Positions 61,704 to 64,000 of a stretch of 64,000 nt of DNA are shown piece after piece. Source of the stretch: Callorhinchus milii (Eukaryota); the NCBI RefSeq assembly GCF_018977255.1, contig NW_024704742.1:5086001-5150000 (forward strand), read 5' to 3'. A program made the position numbers and the translations under genes. Each line of letters opens with the position of its first letter. Position 1 is the stretch's first letter. Under the pieces are notes generated by a model. That model had not been told where the DNA came from. It did not search any database and was given only the letters and a program-made list of their open reading frames with translations.

Positions 61704-62639
61704 TGTGAGGCGAGGGGAGGGGAGGGGAGGGTTTGAAAACGCTCCGTAAGGCTCAGAGTGTTCGCAAAGTTTGTTAGTTTCAGAAGGAAGGAAAGAAATA
61801 CAGAAGAGCAGCGCACCGCTAGTCCTCACCGTGACGACCAAGTGAGACAATGGCGTCCAAAAATGCGTCCAATTTGTTCCTAACTGATTCAAGCTTTGCC
61901 AAGTATAGTGGAGCCCTGTTAGAAATGCAGTCCTTGGTGGCCATAACATCGTACAGCGATCGCCAAATTTCGCCGTGTGTGCGCGCAATCAGCCGCCTCG
62001 CTCCCTGCGCACGCTGCCTGCTCCCCCCGCTAACGCCGTTTCCAGGTGGCTGCCGATCGCACTTCTTGTTCGCCGTGCAAGCACAGGGCAGGAAGCGGCG
62101 TTGAAGAAGGCTTTGTGTTGGCCACGACCTGATGCCCGATAAGGTGACCTGTTTTCAAGACAGGAAGCTGAAATGGTTCACCTCCCAGACCCCGTATACA
62201 ATATGGTATAATAAACATCGTTTCTTCCCACTTCGATCGAATAATGTGGAGTCGGGCTTGACTCTCCTGCCACGGGCCCTGTGTAACCTGATCCATAACG
62301 GACTCGATTCAATCCATTCAATCTCTTTGAGGGAAATTTCCGCAATAACATCCCCTGATCCCTAAAAAAAAAAAACAGATAAACTCCACAACAGCACATC
62401 TCACAGTTCAAACCGGATACTGACTGCACAGTTAGTCATCCACTAACTCAAACACCAAATTCTAATCCGACCCCGATGCCCACCAACTCCTTTACAAAAC
62501 GTTCGATCAAAATACTGTAGCACCAACTCCTCAATGTCCTTTGGAAAGTAGTTATCCTTTGGAGTTATCAAAAACCACCCACAATGTTCCAATGAGGCTT
62601 TGCTGGCAATCTATTGCAAAGGTACAATAATTTGTATCC

Positions 62640-62966
62640 CTATAGAGTAGTGGTTAACGCACACACCTCGCAAGTGAGAGGACGAAACCTCAGGCAAATT
62701 TCCTCATTCCACACGCCTGTTTACTTAGCGGTAAGTAGGAACCCGAATGTTAGTTGATTGGCGGATCTCTTTCAAGGGGTAGTAATAATTCCTCAAAAAA
62801 AATGTGGTCACGCAATCCACGACTGCTTGTGGGACACTGTTGCGCGCAATTGACTGTTGCGTTTCGCCCACAAAATGCACGGTCGATCCAATATATCCTG
62901 TGAAGGGCTTTGAGACGTCTCAACGACGTGATTAGGCGCAACATTAAATACAACAATTATTATTAT
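62640..62966 (+). mobile_element. Young SINE, diverged, near full length
   Basis: Degenerate head, long body and tail. Confidence 0.83.
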
Positions 62967-63559
62967 ATATTTAACTTGTGTCAACTTTCAGCTCTGGGCA
63001 TGTTTCTTGACACTTGTGAGTTTTATGTAATTTAAGAGCATCATAAAGTATTCAACTTTATTCAACAGCTTACAATCAAATATTGATTGAGACAGTGATC
63101 GGGATGGAATTTTTGGCAATGTAATACTTGATAATATGTCACACTTTATATTCTGTATTTTTAAAAATACAAATTTGGACTGCTTACAAAAAGGTTAGGA
63201 TCAAAATAAATGAAAGTGAGACAAGCTTAATGGGGATGAAGTCAACTTTTTATATCTTGATATCATCAGAAAACAACAAAAGGAATCCTTGAAACTGCCA
63301 ATAAACATTAAAAGTGCTTTACATACTCCTGTGTGGAATTAAACAAACTGCAAAAATTGCTTATGTTTGGGTTTCTTGTTTGCTAAAATAATGCTGTAAT
63401 ATTAAGGATGTTTTGCAGATGTCCTGACCAAAGAAATTGCACTCTGAGTTTAAAGTACAGCTGCGAATCCAGACTGACACCTCAAAAGCATAAATGCTGC
63501 TCAAGTTCTGAAATTGTCCTCATTAGATTCTTTGAGACCAAAGGAAGAGGTTAGTCATC

Positions 63560-63812
63560 ACAAGAGGCTAAACACACTGAGATTATGTTCCCTCTGGCTA
63601 AGTAGCCTAAGAGGTGATCTGACTGTCTTTAAAATAATAAACGGGTGTTAACAAGATAGAACAAACAGAACAAAGGGACATAATCTTAAAATGAGTGCCA
63701 AATAGTTTAAAAAGTGAAAAGAAAACCATTTCTTCACACAAAGGGTTGTGAGAATGTGGGACGAACTGGCCAGGAGGTTGTGGTTGTAAAATCAACTGAT
63801 TTGTTTAAAAAG
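63560..63812 (+). mobile_element. CR1-clade LINE fragment
   Basis: ctaagaggtgatctgactgtctttaaaataataaacgg...ttcttcacacaaagggttgtgagaatgtggg. Confidence 0.72.
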
Positions 63813-63813
63813 G

Positions 63814-63925
63814 TAATAATAATAATAATAAAAATAACCCTTGCATTTGATATAGCGCCTTATCACCTCTTCAAGACTTCTCTGAGCTCTTCACGGAATA
63901 TACTGTAAAGTGAATTGACTCTATA
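63814..63925 (-). mobile_element. Young SINE, 3' fragment
   Basis: Family tail sequence. Confidence 0.83.
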
Positions 63926-64000
63926 TAGATCGATATAACTGGGTAGATCTCCAGTTATCCTTCCTACTCCAGATCTGGTCCCTGACCAGGACTACCTTCC

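Noticed and set aside
61131..61736. Longest ORF in the track (201 aa) and overlapping Pro/Ser-rich ORFs
   Set aside because: Alternative frames of a C-rich L2 3' fragment. The same applies to the ORF clusters at 7177-7580, 9488-10000, 11367-12018, 32188-32610, 43595-44125 and 44585-45309.
54246..64000. Searched for SHB exon 1
   Set aside because: No SHB-like N-terminal coding sequence found; it probably lies beyond the right edge.

Overview
Eukaryotic (vertebrate) genomic DNA. The repeat content points to a cartilaginous fish, probably a chimaera/elephant-shark-like holocephalan; this is inferred from recalled repeat families, not from a search. The window lies inside one minus-strand gene, SHB (SH2-domain adaptor B). 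It holds three internal coding exons (54245-54116, 16151-15945, 929-773) that splice in frame through canonical GT-AG sites. The first exon and the SH2-domain exons fall outside the window. The rest is intron, dense with retroposons: about 30 copies or fragments of a young tRNA-Ala-headed SINE (two structural subfamilies), older Deu-type SINEs, and many 5'-truncated L2 and CR1 LINE fragments. Nearly all ORFs in the supplied track are retroposon fragments or chance frames. I found no prokaryotic-type system, CRISPR array or true RNA gene. The most notable unexplained signals are a 117-bp palindrome formed by two tail-to-tail L2 3' ends, a 19-bp perfect inverted repeat, a duplicated ~190-bp exon-like block, several other short diverged local duplications, and SHF-like residues in the SHB exon. 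Repeat boundaries are approximate (tens of bp); exon boundaries were read base by base.
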